Position numbers and translations under genes: made by a program. A stretch of DNA of 64,000 nt from the NCBI GenBank assembly GCA_934130105.1, contig CAKOXL010000003.1, positions 2,406 to 66,405 on the forward strand, given 5' to 3'. The stretch comes from an uncultured Bacilli bacterium (GTDB taxonomy: Bacteria > Bacillota_I > Bacilli_A > RF39 > UBA660). Position 1 is the first letter of the stretch. The number at the start of each line of letters is the position of its first letter. Below are positions 8,034-16,684 of this stretch, one piece after another. The notes under the pieces are model-generated. The model did not search any database and was not told the DNA's origin. It saw only the letters and a list, made by a program, of their open reading frames with translations.

Positions 8034-9699
8034 CTGTTTCTTCCATAATCAGTTTTTTAAACTTAATATCAAAGTTTTTTAATTCTTTATCAATAACATC
8101 TTGATAAATATTTTTTGAATTTTTAATAGCATTTCTAATATCCAAAATATTAACTTCATTTCTATTATTAAATACCGCTTGAGAAAAAGCTTGTGATAAT
8201 AAAGTTAAACAAATATCGGGATATCTAGAACCAATACCATATACTCTTTTATATTCACTGGTAATATCAACAATAAATGTCATAATTTCTACTTTAATAA
8301 AATCACTATATTTTAATTTAGCTCCAGTATTTTTCTCTATTTTAGGAAGGGTTCCTATTAATATTCTAACCGTATGCTCTTTATCAGGCTCCATAACATC
8401 AACTCTTTGAAAACGTCTTACAAAAGCCTTATCTCTTAAAACGTATCTTTCATATTCATCAGTAGTTGTTGCACCTATCATTTTGATACTACCACGACCT
8501 AAACTCTCTTTAAACATGTTAGCAAAATCTAAACTAGAATCACTAGTAGCACCCATTAACATATGAATTTCATCAATAAATAAAATCACTTTATCTAAAT
8601 CTTTCAATTCATCAATTAAAGTTTGAAGTCTAGTATCACCAGTTGGTAAAGTACCAAGTAACGATGTTGTTTTAACACTTATTATTCTATACCCCTTAAG
8701 CGCATCAGGAACTTTATTTCGCTGCAAAAGATATGCTAATCCTTCAACAATACTTGTTTTACCAATACCAGGTTTACCAACTAAAATACCTGATTTTTCC
8801 TGCGTTAGTAAAATTAAAATTAATTGTTTAATCTCTTCACTTCTACCAATTGCTGGATTAGTAACATAATCTCTACTGCAAAAATCATCACCATATCGCG
8901 CAAGAATACTGATTTTGTTAGTTTGCTGCTCTTTTAATGCTAATTCATTCAATAAATTTGATTTAGTAACAGGAAGCATAGATAAATCTTCTTCATCGGC
9001 ATAAGTTTTGGTATAAACTTCTGAACTAACTAAAGATTTATCTTTTTTTAGTTCTTCATCTATATTAATAATTTTAGGTATTACTTCTTCTACATATACA
9101 GGAGGTGTTTTTTCTTTTACTACTTCATCATCATCGAAATTTCTAATATTGGTTGGATTATTTCTCGTTGCCCTATATACTGTTTTTTCACTTTTATTAT
9201 CAAGCCAAACATTATTTTGAACTATTGGTATTTGATGGTTAGCTTGAATAGTTGATTTTAAAACCTCATTTTCTAAATCTTTATTAACACCAGTTGTAAC
9301 ATTAAATTCATCCTCTACTTTATTATTGGATTCAGTAGTTAAGATATAATCACGATTAGTTGGTTCTAAAAACTTTTCTTTATCATCGTTAACATTTCTA
9401 TTATCATTGCTAGGCTGATTATTAAGAAAATCAAAACTTTCCTGAGTTGATTTCTCGTTAGTGTTAGAAACATTATTAAAACTAGTAATATTAGTGTTAC
9501 CAAAATTATCAACATTAGCAGCATTATTAACACTACTAACATTATCACTTTTATTATTAATATTACTATAACTATTGAAATGGAAATTTTCTTGCTCATT
9601 TGGTAAAGCATTTTCATCTTGATTTAATGATTTATTATCTAATTGTTTGTAATAATCATCGGAAAAAATAAACAAACTATCTTTTCTTTCTTGATTCAT
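8023..9699 (-). CDS. Single-domain Clp/Hsp100 D1-like AAA+ ATPase with a long Asn/Ser-rich low-complexity N-terminal region
   Basis: GRSEEIKQLILILLTQEKSGILVGKPGIGKTSIVEGLA (Walker A), ILFIDEIHMLMGA (Walker B) and MIGATTTDEYERYVLRDKAFVRRFQRVDVMEP follow the ClpA/B/C first-AAA-domain pattern. No second AAA module is present. ATG at 9699 follows GAGGTGG. Confidence 0.7.
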   Translation of the reverse strand: MNQERKDSLFIFSDDYYKQLDNKSLNQDENALPNEQENFHFNSYSNINNKSDNVSSVNNAANVDNFGNTNITSFNNVSNTNEKSTQESFDFLNNQPSNDNRNVNDDKEKFLEPTNRDYILTTESNNKVEDEFNVTTGVNKDLENEVLKSTIQANHQIPIVQNNVWLDNKSEKTVYRATRNNPTNIRNFDDDEVVKEKTPPVYVEEVIPKIINIDEELKKDKSLVSSEVYTKTYADEEDLSMLPVTKSNLLNELALKEQQTNKISILARYGDDFCSRDYVTNPAIGRSEEIKQLILILLTQEKSGILVGKPGIGKTSIVEGLAYLLQRNKVPDALKGYRIISVKTTSLLGTLPTGDTRLQTLIDELKDLDKVILFIDEIHMLMGATSDSSLDFANMFKESLGRGSIKMIGATTTDEYERYVLRDKAFVRRFQRVDVMEPDKEHTVRILIGTLPKIEKNTGAKLKYSDFIKVEIMTFIVDITSEYKRVYGIGSRYPDICLTLLSQAFSQAVFNNRNEVNILDIRNAIKNSKNIYQDVIDKELKNFDIKFKKLIMEETATS

Positions 9700-9777
9700 A
9701 AAAATTTCCACCTCTTATTCTTTTGTTATTATTATAACATTTTTATATAAACTTTAAAACAAATTTAAAATAATTTT

Positions 9778-9827
9778 AATAAAAATAGTAGCTACATAAA
9801 TAAAATAAATTTATTCATTAGCTACTA
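9778..9827 (-). terminator. Rho-independent terminator downstream of the fourth collagen-like gene
   Basis: 9-bp stem TAGTAGCTA (9786-9794) pairs with TAGCTACTA (9819-9827). On the minus strand it is followed by a U-rich tract. Confidence 0.55.
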
Positions 9828-9933
9828 ATAAACATTTTATAAAAATACTAAGCCAAATAACACTAATTAAAAAATTAAATCTATCTAATAAAACAAGTTA
9901 TTAACATAAGTTATTAAATAGTAATTAAATGAT

Positions 9934-11112
9934 CTAATCTAATTTCATGACAGTTAATTTAGCAGTAGTAGTACCATCAAAAATTAATTCTGTATTTTGA
10001 TCAGTTGTAATATTAAGAGTAATCTCATCATCTTCTCTTAATCCAGCTAATATATGCCCATTTACAGCTGTTATAGTATTAGCTTTAGCTTGACCTTTTA
10101 TATCACTTGCTAACATTTTAGTACCTGAAACCTTTAAAGTAACTGTATAATTCGTATCAACAGAACTAGTAATATTTAAGAAATAGTCTATTCTATAAGT
10201 ACCATATCTTATTATCCCAATTGCATAAGAACTGTTATAAATAGCAAAAACAGCTGGTCCTGTTTCTTCAAGTGGTATGATAGTATCTGTATTGGCAGTA
10301 ACAGTAAAACGCTGGGTTGAGTTAGAATATCTTGTACCATAAGCTTCTATCCCGTTAGGATCACCTTTTGGTCCACGAAGACCTTGTTCTCCCTTTTCCC
10401 CTTTTGGAATATAAAATGTCAAATGATGAACTAAATTTTCAAAATCATCTAGTACTTGGGCATCATCTCCCGGTGAGATAGTTTCAGTACCATCTATCGA
10501 TATACCCTCACTTCTACCAATTTCTCCTGGTAGCCCTCTTGGACCTTGTTCGCCTTTTTCGCCAGGAGTACCTTGTTCTCCTTTTTCTCCCTTCGGAATA
10601 TAAAAAGTTAAGTGGTGAATTAATCCTTCTTGATCATCTTGAACTGAAGCCTCCTCATCTGGATTAATAGTTTCGGTACCATTAATCGTAATAACTTCAC
10701 TTCTTCCTATTTCACCAGGAAGTCCCCTTGGACCTATTGGTCCTTGTTCTCCTTGCTCTCCCTTTTCACCAGGTGTACCACGTGGTATTTTAAAATCTAA
10801 TATTACATCTTTATTCGTTCCAACATTGGTAACCACTGCCTCAGTACCAAAATCTCCTGTTTCAGTCTTTCCTACCGTGATTGTAGTTGGACCATTTTCA
10901 CCTCTTGGCCCCTGTGGCCCGGTTGGTCCCTGATTACCAGTATCTCCCTTTTCACCCTGCTCACCACGTAATCCCTGAATGCCTTGTGGACCAATAGGAC
11001 CAGTTGGCCCCTGAAGATAGCAATACCTAATATTATTACATGTCTTATCTAGGTAATTACTTCTTTTTTTGTTGCTTTTATTAAAAGAGTTATCCTGTAA
11101 ATTATTATCCAT
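9934..11112 (-). CDS. Collagen-like BclA-type protein with three embedded non-collagen modules and a beta-type C-terminal domain
   Basis: G-X-Y tracts ([41 protein letters not shown] etc.) are interrupted by modules of about 36 aa ending ...LDFKIPRG or ...LTFYIPKG. The C-terminal domain is YGTYRIDYFLNITS...KLTVMKLD. ATG at 11112 has better spacing from GGGAG than the one at 11118. Confidence 0.85.
   Translation of the reverse strand: MDNNLQDNSFNKSNKKRSNYLDKTCNNIRYCYLQGPTGPIGPQGIQGLRGEQGEKGDTGNQGPTGPQGPRGENGPTTITVGKTETGDFGTEAVVTNVGTNKDVILDFKIPRGTPGEKGEQGEQGPIGPRGLPGEIGRSEVITINGTETINPDEEASVQDDQEGLIHHLTFYIPKGEKGEQGTPGEKGEQGPRGLPGEIGRSEGISIDGTETISPGDDAQVLDDFENLVHHLTFYIPKGEKGEQGLRGPKGDPNGIEAYGTRYSNSTQRFTVTANTDTIIPLEETGPAVFAIYNSSYAIGIIRYGTYRIDYFLNITSSVDTNYTVTLKVSGTKMLASDIKGQAKANTITAVNGHILAGLREDDEITLNITTDQNTELIFDGTTTAKLTVMKLD
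10371..10728 (-). repeat. Tandem duplication of about 189 bp (63 aa) inside the collagen-like gene
   Basis: Protein units RGLPGEIGRSEVITINGTETINPDEEASVQDDQEGLIHHLTFYIPKGEKGEQGTPGEKGEQGP and RGLPGEIGRSEGISIDGTETISPGDDAQVLDDFENLVHHLTFYIPKGEKGEQG are adjacent. Confidence 0.8.
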
Positions 11113-11161
11113 ATACATTCTCCCTTCTTTTTATTCTATGCATATTGGTTAAAACAGGCCA

Positions 11162-11199
11162 TATAAAAAGTAATTATACATAGACGTACAATTACTTTT
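11162..11199 (-). terminator. Probable terminator after the histidine kinase gene
   Basis: Stem AAAAGTAATT (11166-11175) pairs with AATTACTTTT (11190-11199). The trailing U-tract is weak. Confidence 0.4.
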
Positions 11200-11209
11200 A
11201 TACCAAATA

Positions 11210-12430
11210 TTAATACTTAAAATATTTAATAGTAAAAACCGTATTACCATTATCTAGTGAATCAACATTAATTAAACCATTATCATTCTCAACTATAACC
11301 TTAGAAAGTGATAAACCAATACCAACACTATCAATACTAGCATTTTTTCCTTTATAAAATCTTTCAAAAATATGTGGTAAATCTTGATTTGAAATAGCAC
11401 TGCCATCATTTTCAATAGTTATTTTTAAATATGCATTATTTTCTTCAACATAAATTTTAACATAACTCTTAGCATGTTCTATTGCATTTTTTATAACATT
11501 AGTTATTGCTTCTATTTGCCAGTATTTATCACAATATATAAAGTAATCATCACTATCCAAAACAGAAACTTTAATATTTTTTAAATCACATAAATTATTA
11601 GTATTACTTATTGCCTCATTTATAATTTCATTAACACTTACATTATTCCTCATAAAATCAATAGTATTAGTATCAAATTTAGAAAGTTTTAATAATGATT
11701 GAATCAAAAAGTTAATATGGATAGTATTTTTTCTAGCTGTTTTAATAAACTTTTCACGCGTTTTAAGATCTAAATCAGGATTATCATCAAGATTATCAAG
11801 AGCAATCATTATAGAGGTTAGCGGTGTTTTAATCTGATGTGAAATATCTTCTAGTGAAGATTTTAAACTAAGTTTATCATTTAAAGAATTATTAGCACTT
11901 TCCTTTAACATAATCATCGTTTTATAGACTTCATTTTTTAAAATAGATAACTCATCTTCCGTATTATTATCAATACTAAATTTATAGTTTCCCATATTTA
12001 TATTTTTAATATAATTTTCTATTTCTTTAATATCATCATCTTTTTTCTTATTATATCTTAAATAAATTAATATAAGTATTATAGAAAATAATAACATTAA
12101 AAAGCCATTTATAAATATAAACACTTTTAATATATTGACATTTTCATTAATTACCGATTCACTTTCTAAATTTATTCCATATTTAGAAAAAAAGTTACTA
12201 GTATCATTATCAGTATTATTAAAAATAGTAATAATTTCATTATCGCTAATATCTGGATATTTTTCTTTTATAAAAACAACAAAAGAATTAATTTTATTAT
12301 TAAAGTTAACTGTATAAATATGATACTGAATAATAGTTAAAAAGAAAGAAAATAATATAAAGAACAAAATAAAAATAAAAGATAATTTTATATATTTTTT
12401 TAACTCAACTTTATTTTTCATAACTGTCAA
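11210..12430 (-). CDS. Sensor histidine kinase (two TM segments, HisKA + HATPase_c)
   Basis: H-box SHQIKTPLTSI, N-box NVIKNAIEHA, and G-boxes FERFYKG and GIGLSLSK. Two N-terminal hydrophobic segments flank a loop of about 55 aa. It overlaps the upstream response-regulator gene. Confidence 0.85.
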   Translation of the reverse strand: MTVMKNKVELKKYIKLSFIFILFFILFSFFLTIIQYHIYTVNFNNKINSFVVFIKEKYPDISDNEIITIFNNTDNDTSNFFSKYGINLESESVINENVNILKVFIFINGFLMLLFSIILILIYLRYNKKKDDDIKEIENYIKNINMGNYKFSIDNNTEDELSILKNEVYKTMIMLKESANNSLNDKLSLKSSLEDISHQIKTPLTSIMIALDNLDDNPDLDLKTREKFIKTARKNTIHINFLIQSLLKLSKFDTNTIDFMRNNVSVNEIINEAISNTNNLCDLKNIKVSVLDSDDYFIYCDKYWQIEAITNVIKNAIEHAKSYVKIYVEENNAYLKITIENDGSAISNQDLPHIFERFYKGKNASIDSVGIGLSLSKVIVENDNGLINVDSLDNGNTVFTIKYFKY

Positions 12431-13070
12431 TCCTATATCCTATACTCTTTATTGTAGTAATAATATCAGTTCCAACTTTTTCTCTAATTCTTTTAAGATA
12501 AACCGTAACAGTATGATCATCAACATCATTACCAGTTGCTTCAAAAATTAAATCTAATATAGTACCTCTTCTTACTACTTTACCCATATTTAAAAATAAA
12601 AGATTAAGAATTTTTATTTCTAAACTAGTTAAATTTATAACAGCATCATCTTTATAAACAATCATTTTATCCATATCAAAAGTTATATTTTTTACTTTAA
12701 TTATAGTCTTCTTTTTCATTCTAGTTATAATTTTAGCAACCCTTGCTAACAACTCATTCGTTGAAAATGGTTTAGTTACATAATCATCAGCACCAATTTC
12801 TAATCCTCTAACTACATCAAATTCACTATCTTTAGCAGTTAAAAATATAGTAGGAATATGTTTCTCATTTATATAATTTTGATACAAATCAAAGCCATTA
12901 CCATCTGGAAGCGTAACATCTAAAATAATTAAATCAAAACTATTTTTACTTAAACAAGAAATAGCATCACATATATTAGTACAAGAATCAATTAAATAGC
13001 CTTTATTTTTAAAAGCAAACTCTAATCCCTCAATAATTGATAAATTATCTTCAACTAACAAAATATTCAT
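12411..13070 (-). CDS. OmpR/PhoB-family response regulator
   Basis: Receiver motifs LLVEDN, DLIILDVTLPDGNG and LTAK, plus a C-terminal winged-helix region (LTSLEIKILNLLFLN...YLKRIREKV...IKSIGYRI). Confidence 0.9.
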   Translation of the reverse strand: MNILLVEDNLSIIEGLEFAFKNKGYLIDSCTNICDAISCLSKNSFDLIILDVTLPDGNGFDLYQNYINEKHIPTIFLTAKDSEFDVVRGLEIGADDYVTKPFSTNELLARVAKIITRMKKKTIIKVKNITFDMDKMIVYKDDAVINLTSLEIKILNLLFLNMGKVVRRGTILDLIFEATGNDVDDHTVTVYLKRIREKVGTDIITTIKSIGYRIDSYEK

Positions 13071-13090
13071 AAAATCATTCCTCTAATACC

Positions 13091-13124
13091 ATTATACAAC
13101 ATAAAAGAGCAAAAACTGCTCTTT
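13091..13124 (-). promoter_or_regulatory. Attenuating hairpin after the permease gene, followed by an extended -10 promoter (TGTATAAT) for the two-component genes
   Basis: Minus strand reads AAAGAGC-AGTTTTT-GCTCTTT-TATGTTGTATAATGG. The hairpin at 13104-13124 includes the permease stop codon, and TGnTATAAT lies at 13091-13098. Confidence 0.45.
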
Positions 13125-15738
13125 ATATGTTTTCATTTCTAATTGTTTCAATAGTATTTTGTTTATTTATCTTATTAATAGAGTATTTCATAATACAAGA
13201 AATTAAAACAAATACCGCAAGTATAACAATTACATATGCAACTATTGGTAAGCTATAATCAATTCCCATATCTTTTCCTAAAGCAATATATATTATATAA
13301 GATAAAACTGTGCCAATTACTGTACCAAATACAAGTGATTTACCACCAATAAATAAACTTTCTAGTCTTATCATTCTATTGAACTCATATTTAGTCATAC
13401 CAATACTTTTAAGCATAGCAAACTCTTGTCTTCTTAATTGCATATTAGTCGTTATTGTATTAAATATATTAGTTGCACCGATTAAAGATATTACTATAAT
13501 AAAGCCATACAAGAAAATACCAATTAAAGTATATAAATTTCTTATTACTCTAACATTTTCATCATAATTATCAACATAATAAGAATTATTATCTTTTAAC
13601 ATGCTATCAATATCATCCTGAAGTTTATTAGCATTACCTGATTTATATAATATTGAAACATAATAAGTGTTAAACAAATAGTCAAAATATTCATCACTTA
13701 TAACTAAAAATTCACCACTATAACGTTTATAACCAAAAGGCTTTTCTTTAACAACATTACTAATTTCTATACTAAAATCATTAAATTTGCAGATATCTGA
13801 ATCACATTTAACATTCAAAGTATCATTTTTATTATAATCAAGAACCCTTAAAGTTCTAGAAATATTTTTACCATGATCAGACTTACTAATATTAACATAA
13901 TCATTCAATATTGCCTTATTCTTAACATCATCATAATTAAGACCTAATGATTTAATATACTTTCTATATTGATTATCTCCTAACGCAATTATAGTTAAAT
14001 TGCTAACATCTAAATCATCTGGTATATTTAAAAATGATTTATATTCTTTACTATACTTAATATTTGAAATATCTAAATTAGCAATTCTACTAACTGTATA
14101 ATCACTAACATTATCTAGTTTGGTTGTTGCTAAAAGTTTATTATATTCATCATCACTAAAGCCCTCTACTACATCATATGAAGTTAATAAAAGATTTCCC
14201 TCTTTATCTTTAACTTCTAATCTAATCGTTTTAGTTGCCAAATCCATAAAGCTATAAAGAGCAATAAATACTGCTACTGATACTATAATAGAAATAACAG
14301 TCGTTCTATATTTCTTTTTATTTCTCTTGAAATTTTTGTAAGATATTTCTCCACCAACGCCAAAGATTTTCTTAACTATTTTAGGTGATTTTATTTTTTT
14401 AGGATTAATCTTAATACTAGCACTATTTCTAATTGAATCTATTGGTGAAACTTTAGATGCTTTAATACTACTTCTAAGTGCCGAAAAATATATTGTAATA
14501 ATTCCTAGAATAATAGATGCAATAATAGCTATATATGAAAATGAAAAGACAAGTTCAAATCCCAAAGCAAATGATTTTGCTAAAAAATAATTACTAACAA
14601 CTATTAAAATTGCTGATGCTAATAGTCCAAAGAAAATACCAAGTGGAATTCCAATTAAACCAAGTACAAATGCTTCATAAAAAACATTTTTTCTAATTTG
14701 TCTTTTTGTTGCTCCTATACTTCTTAACATTCCATATTGTTTAATTTTTTCAGTTATTGAGATATCAAAACTATTCTTAATACAAAATATTGATGTAAAA
14801 ACAATAATCATAATAACTATCAAAACAACTATTTCAAGTCCATCAATACCACTTTCTTCTATTGGATTAGTCTCTAAAGAAACCAAATATTGATTTATGC
14901 TAATTTTATATTTTGCTTTATTTAACTGATCATAATATGTCTTTGATTCATCTTCTGTTAAATTACTTTTATTATATTTTTCAAATAAATTTTCATCAAC
15001 ACCAATTATGTTGGCTGTTGTTTTATAAATTGATTTAAGTCCATCTTTAGTATATCTAGCATACACATTAACATTTTCAGTTAATTTACTATCATCTTGA
15101 TAAGTTACAAATGTATAACCAGGTGCTATATAACTTTCAACATTATTAGCTGGTCTTTCAATAATACCAACCACTTTATATGTCATTCTACTAGTATTAA
15201 TAATATCTTCATTACCAGTATAGGCATTATTTTGATTAAGTAAACTACCATCATCACTTACTCTACTACCAACATCTAAAGTAATTACATCACCTATATT
15301 TATTGTAACTCTACCATTAGTTTTTAAATGAGTAGGAATAAGTATTTCTGAATCATTATTAGGAAGTCTTCCTTCTACTAATTTTATAGATAATTTTTCA
15401 AGTGAATCTTTTGTAAAACCATTAATATAAACGTAAGGTTTATATTCATTTTTAGAATCTATTTTTGCATATCCAATACTATTAGTTAAATAAATAGCTT
15501 CTATCTTTCTATTATTTTTAAATGTATCGATATCAGATATTGGAACATCCATATATTCTACATGAAAATTACCCGTATTTTTAATATCATAAGCTATTAA
15601 AGATTTAAGTAAACTAGAATAAATTGAAGCAACTGCTGTTATAAGTGCTACTGATAACATTATCCCAACAATAGTAACTATTGTTCTTCTTTTGTTTAAC
15701 TTAAGATTTTTAATAGTTAACTTATTAAGTAAATTCAT
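13123..15738 (-). CDS. ABC transporter permease, FtsX/MacB-type with two FtsX modules and large extracytoplasmic domains
   Basis: 871 aa. There are two blocks of four hydrophobic helices, each preceded by a large soluble domain. FtsX-like motifs: LRSIGATKRQIRKNVFYEAFVLGLIG and LKSIGMTKYEFNRMIRLESLFIGG. Confidence 0.8.
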   Translation of the reverse strand: MNLLNKLTIKNLKLNKRRTIVTIVGIMLSVALITAVASIYSSLLKSLIAYDIKNTGNFHVEYMDVPISDIDTFKNNRKIEAIYLTNSIGYAKIDSKNEYKPYVYINGFTKDSLEKLSIKLVEGRLPNNDSEILIPTHLKTNGRVTINIGDVITLDVGSRVSDDGSLLNQNNAYTGNEDIINTSRMTYKVVGIIERPANNVESYIAPGYTFVTYQDDSKLTENVNVYARYTKDGLKSIYKTTANIIGVDENLFEKYNKSNLTEDESKTYYDQLNKAKYKISINQYLVSLETNPIEESGIDGLEIVVLIVIMIIVFTSIFCIKNSFDISITEKIKQYGMLRSIGATKRQIRKNVFYEAFVLGLIGIPLGIFFGLLASAILIVVSNYFLAKSFALGFELVFSFSYIAIIASIILGIITIYFSALRSSIKASKVSPIDSIRNSASIKINPKKIKSPKIVKKIFGVGGEISYKNFKRNKKKYRTTVISIIVSVAVFIALYSFMDLATKTIRLEVKDKEGNLLLTSYDVVEGFSDDEYNKLLATTKLDNVSDYTVSRIANLDISNIKYSKEYKSFLNIPDDLDVSNLTIIALGDNQYRKYIKSLGLNYDDVKNKAILNDYVNISKSDHGKNISRTLRVLDYNKNDTLNVKCDSDICKFNDFSIEISNVVKEKPFGYKRYSGEFLVISDEYFDYLFNTYYVSILYKSGNANKLQDDIDSMLKDNNSYYVDNYDENVRVIRNLYTLIGIFLYGFIIVISLIGATNIFNTITTNMQLRRQEFAMLKSIGMTKYEFNRMIRLESLFIGGKSLVFGTVIGTVLSYIIYIALGKDMGIDYSLPIVAYVIVILAVFVLISCIMKYSINKINKQNTIETIRNENI

Positions 15739-15740
15739 AA

Positions 15741-16412
15741 TTAAGCCTCCCTAACTATTTTTCCATCTTCAATTTCAATAATTCTATCAGCACACTTAGC
15801 AATTTCCATATTATGAGTAATCATAATAATCGTTTGTTTATATTCTTTATTTGATTTTCTTAATAGTTCAACTATTTCATCACTAGATTTTGAATCAAGA
15901 TTACCAGTTGGTTCATCAGCAAGTATTATAGAAGGTCTAGTAATTAAAGCTCTACCAATAGATGTTCTTTGTTGTTGACCACCAGAAAGTTCATTTGGCA
16001 AATGATTTTTTCTTTTTTCAAGTCCTAACAACTTAACCAAATCATCTAATTCTTTTTTATCAACATTTCTGTTATCTAAATCAAGTGGTAATGTTATATT
16101 TTCTAAAACATTAAGAATAGGAATTAAATTATAAAACTGATAGATTAATCCAATTTGTCTTCGTCTAAATATTGCTAATTTATCATCATCAAAGCTATAA
16201 ATGTCCTTATCTCCTATATATACTTTACCACTAGTAGGACGATCAACACCTCCAATTAAATGAAGTAATGTTGATTTACCAGAACCACTAGCACCAACAA
16301 TAGCAACAAATTCACCCTTTTCTACTGAAAAAGATACATTATCAAGTGCCACAACTTTGGTACTATCTTTCCCATATACTTTAGTTAAATTTTCAACTTT
16401 TAATATTTCCAT
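15741..16412 (-). CDS. ABC transporter ATP-binding protein (MacB/LolD/BceA-like)
   Basis: Walker A GASGSGKST, Q-loop, signature LSGGQQQR, Walker B ILADEPTGNLD, H-loop ITHN. Confidence 0.9.
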   Translation of the reverse strand: MEILKVENLTKVYGKDSTKVVALDNVSFSVEKGEFVAIVGASGSGKSTLLHLIGGVDRPTSGKVYIGDKDIYSFDDDKLAIFRRRQIGLIYQFYNLIPILNVLENITLPLDLDNRNVDKKELDDLVKLLGLEKRKNHLPNELSGGQQQRTSIGRALITRPSIILADEPTGNLDSKSSDEIVELLRKSNKEYKQTIIMITHNMEIAKCADRIIEIEDGKIVREA

Positions 16413-16440
16413 AAAAGTTACTCCTTTCTTTTACATTTTA

Positions 16441-16474
16441 ATTATACTATAGTAAAAGTTACAAATAGGTTACA
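16441..16474 (-). promoter_or_regulatory. ABC-operon promoter with an 11-bp-phased direct repeat (TGTAAC-N5-TGTAAC), a candidate OmpR-family response-regulator site
   Basis: Minus strand reads TGTAAC-CTATT-TGTAAC-TTTTACTATAG-TATAAT. On the plus strand the repeats are GTTACA at 16458-16463 and 16469-16474, and the -10 is at 16441-16446. The promoter-proximal repeat lies about 11 nt upstream of the -10, immediately upstream of where a -35 hexamer would sit. Confidence 0.45.
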
Positions 16475-16491
16475 TTTAGAAATTTATATAT

Positions 16492-16518
16492 AAAAAAACT
16501 AAACATTTTTCTGTTTAG
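16492..16518 (-). terminator. Rho-independent terminator upstream of the ABC promoter
   Basis: Minus strand reads CTAAACA-GAAAAA-TGTTTAG followed by T7. Confidence 0.6.
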
Positions 16519-16684
16519 TAAAATATAAAAGAAAGTTAGTTTTTTCATTTTATTATAATTAACAACATTAAATTTTTAAGTCAAATCTTGATTAATTAAA
16601 TAGATTTATATTCACAAATTCCAAGTTAAACTTTCTAGTATTTAATATTTTATTGTTAATAGACTCATTTGAAAATAGTTTTTA

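Noticed and set aside
9366-9617. 83-aa hydrophobic ORF in another frame of the AAA+ gene's low-complexity region
   Set aside because: It is a frame-shifted reading of Asn/Ser-rich AT-rich codons, which gives Ile/Leu/Met runs. It is nested in the 558-aa gene and has no translation signals.
16525-16684. Possible 30-aa ORF (MKKLTFFYILLNRKMFSFF...) or additional small transcript between the two terminators upstream of the ABC operon
   Set aside because: It has no RBS and no convincing promoter spacing. The ORF runs through a terminator hairpin and into the operator repeats, so it is most likely non-coding spacer.
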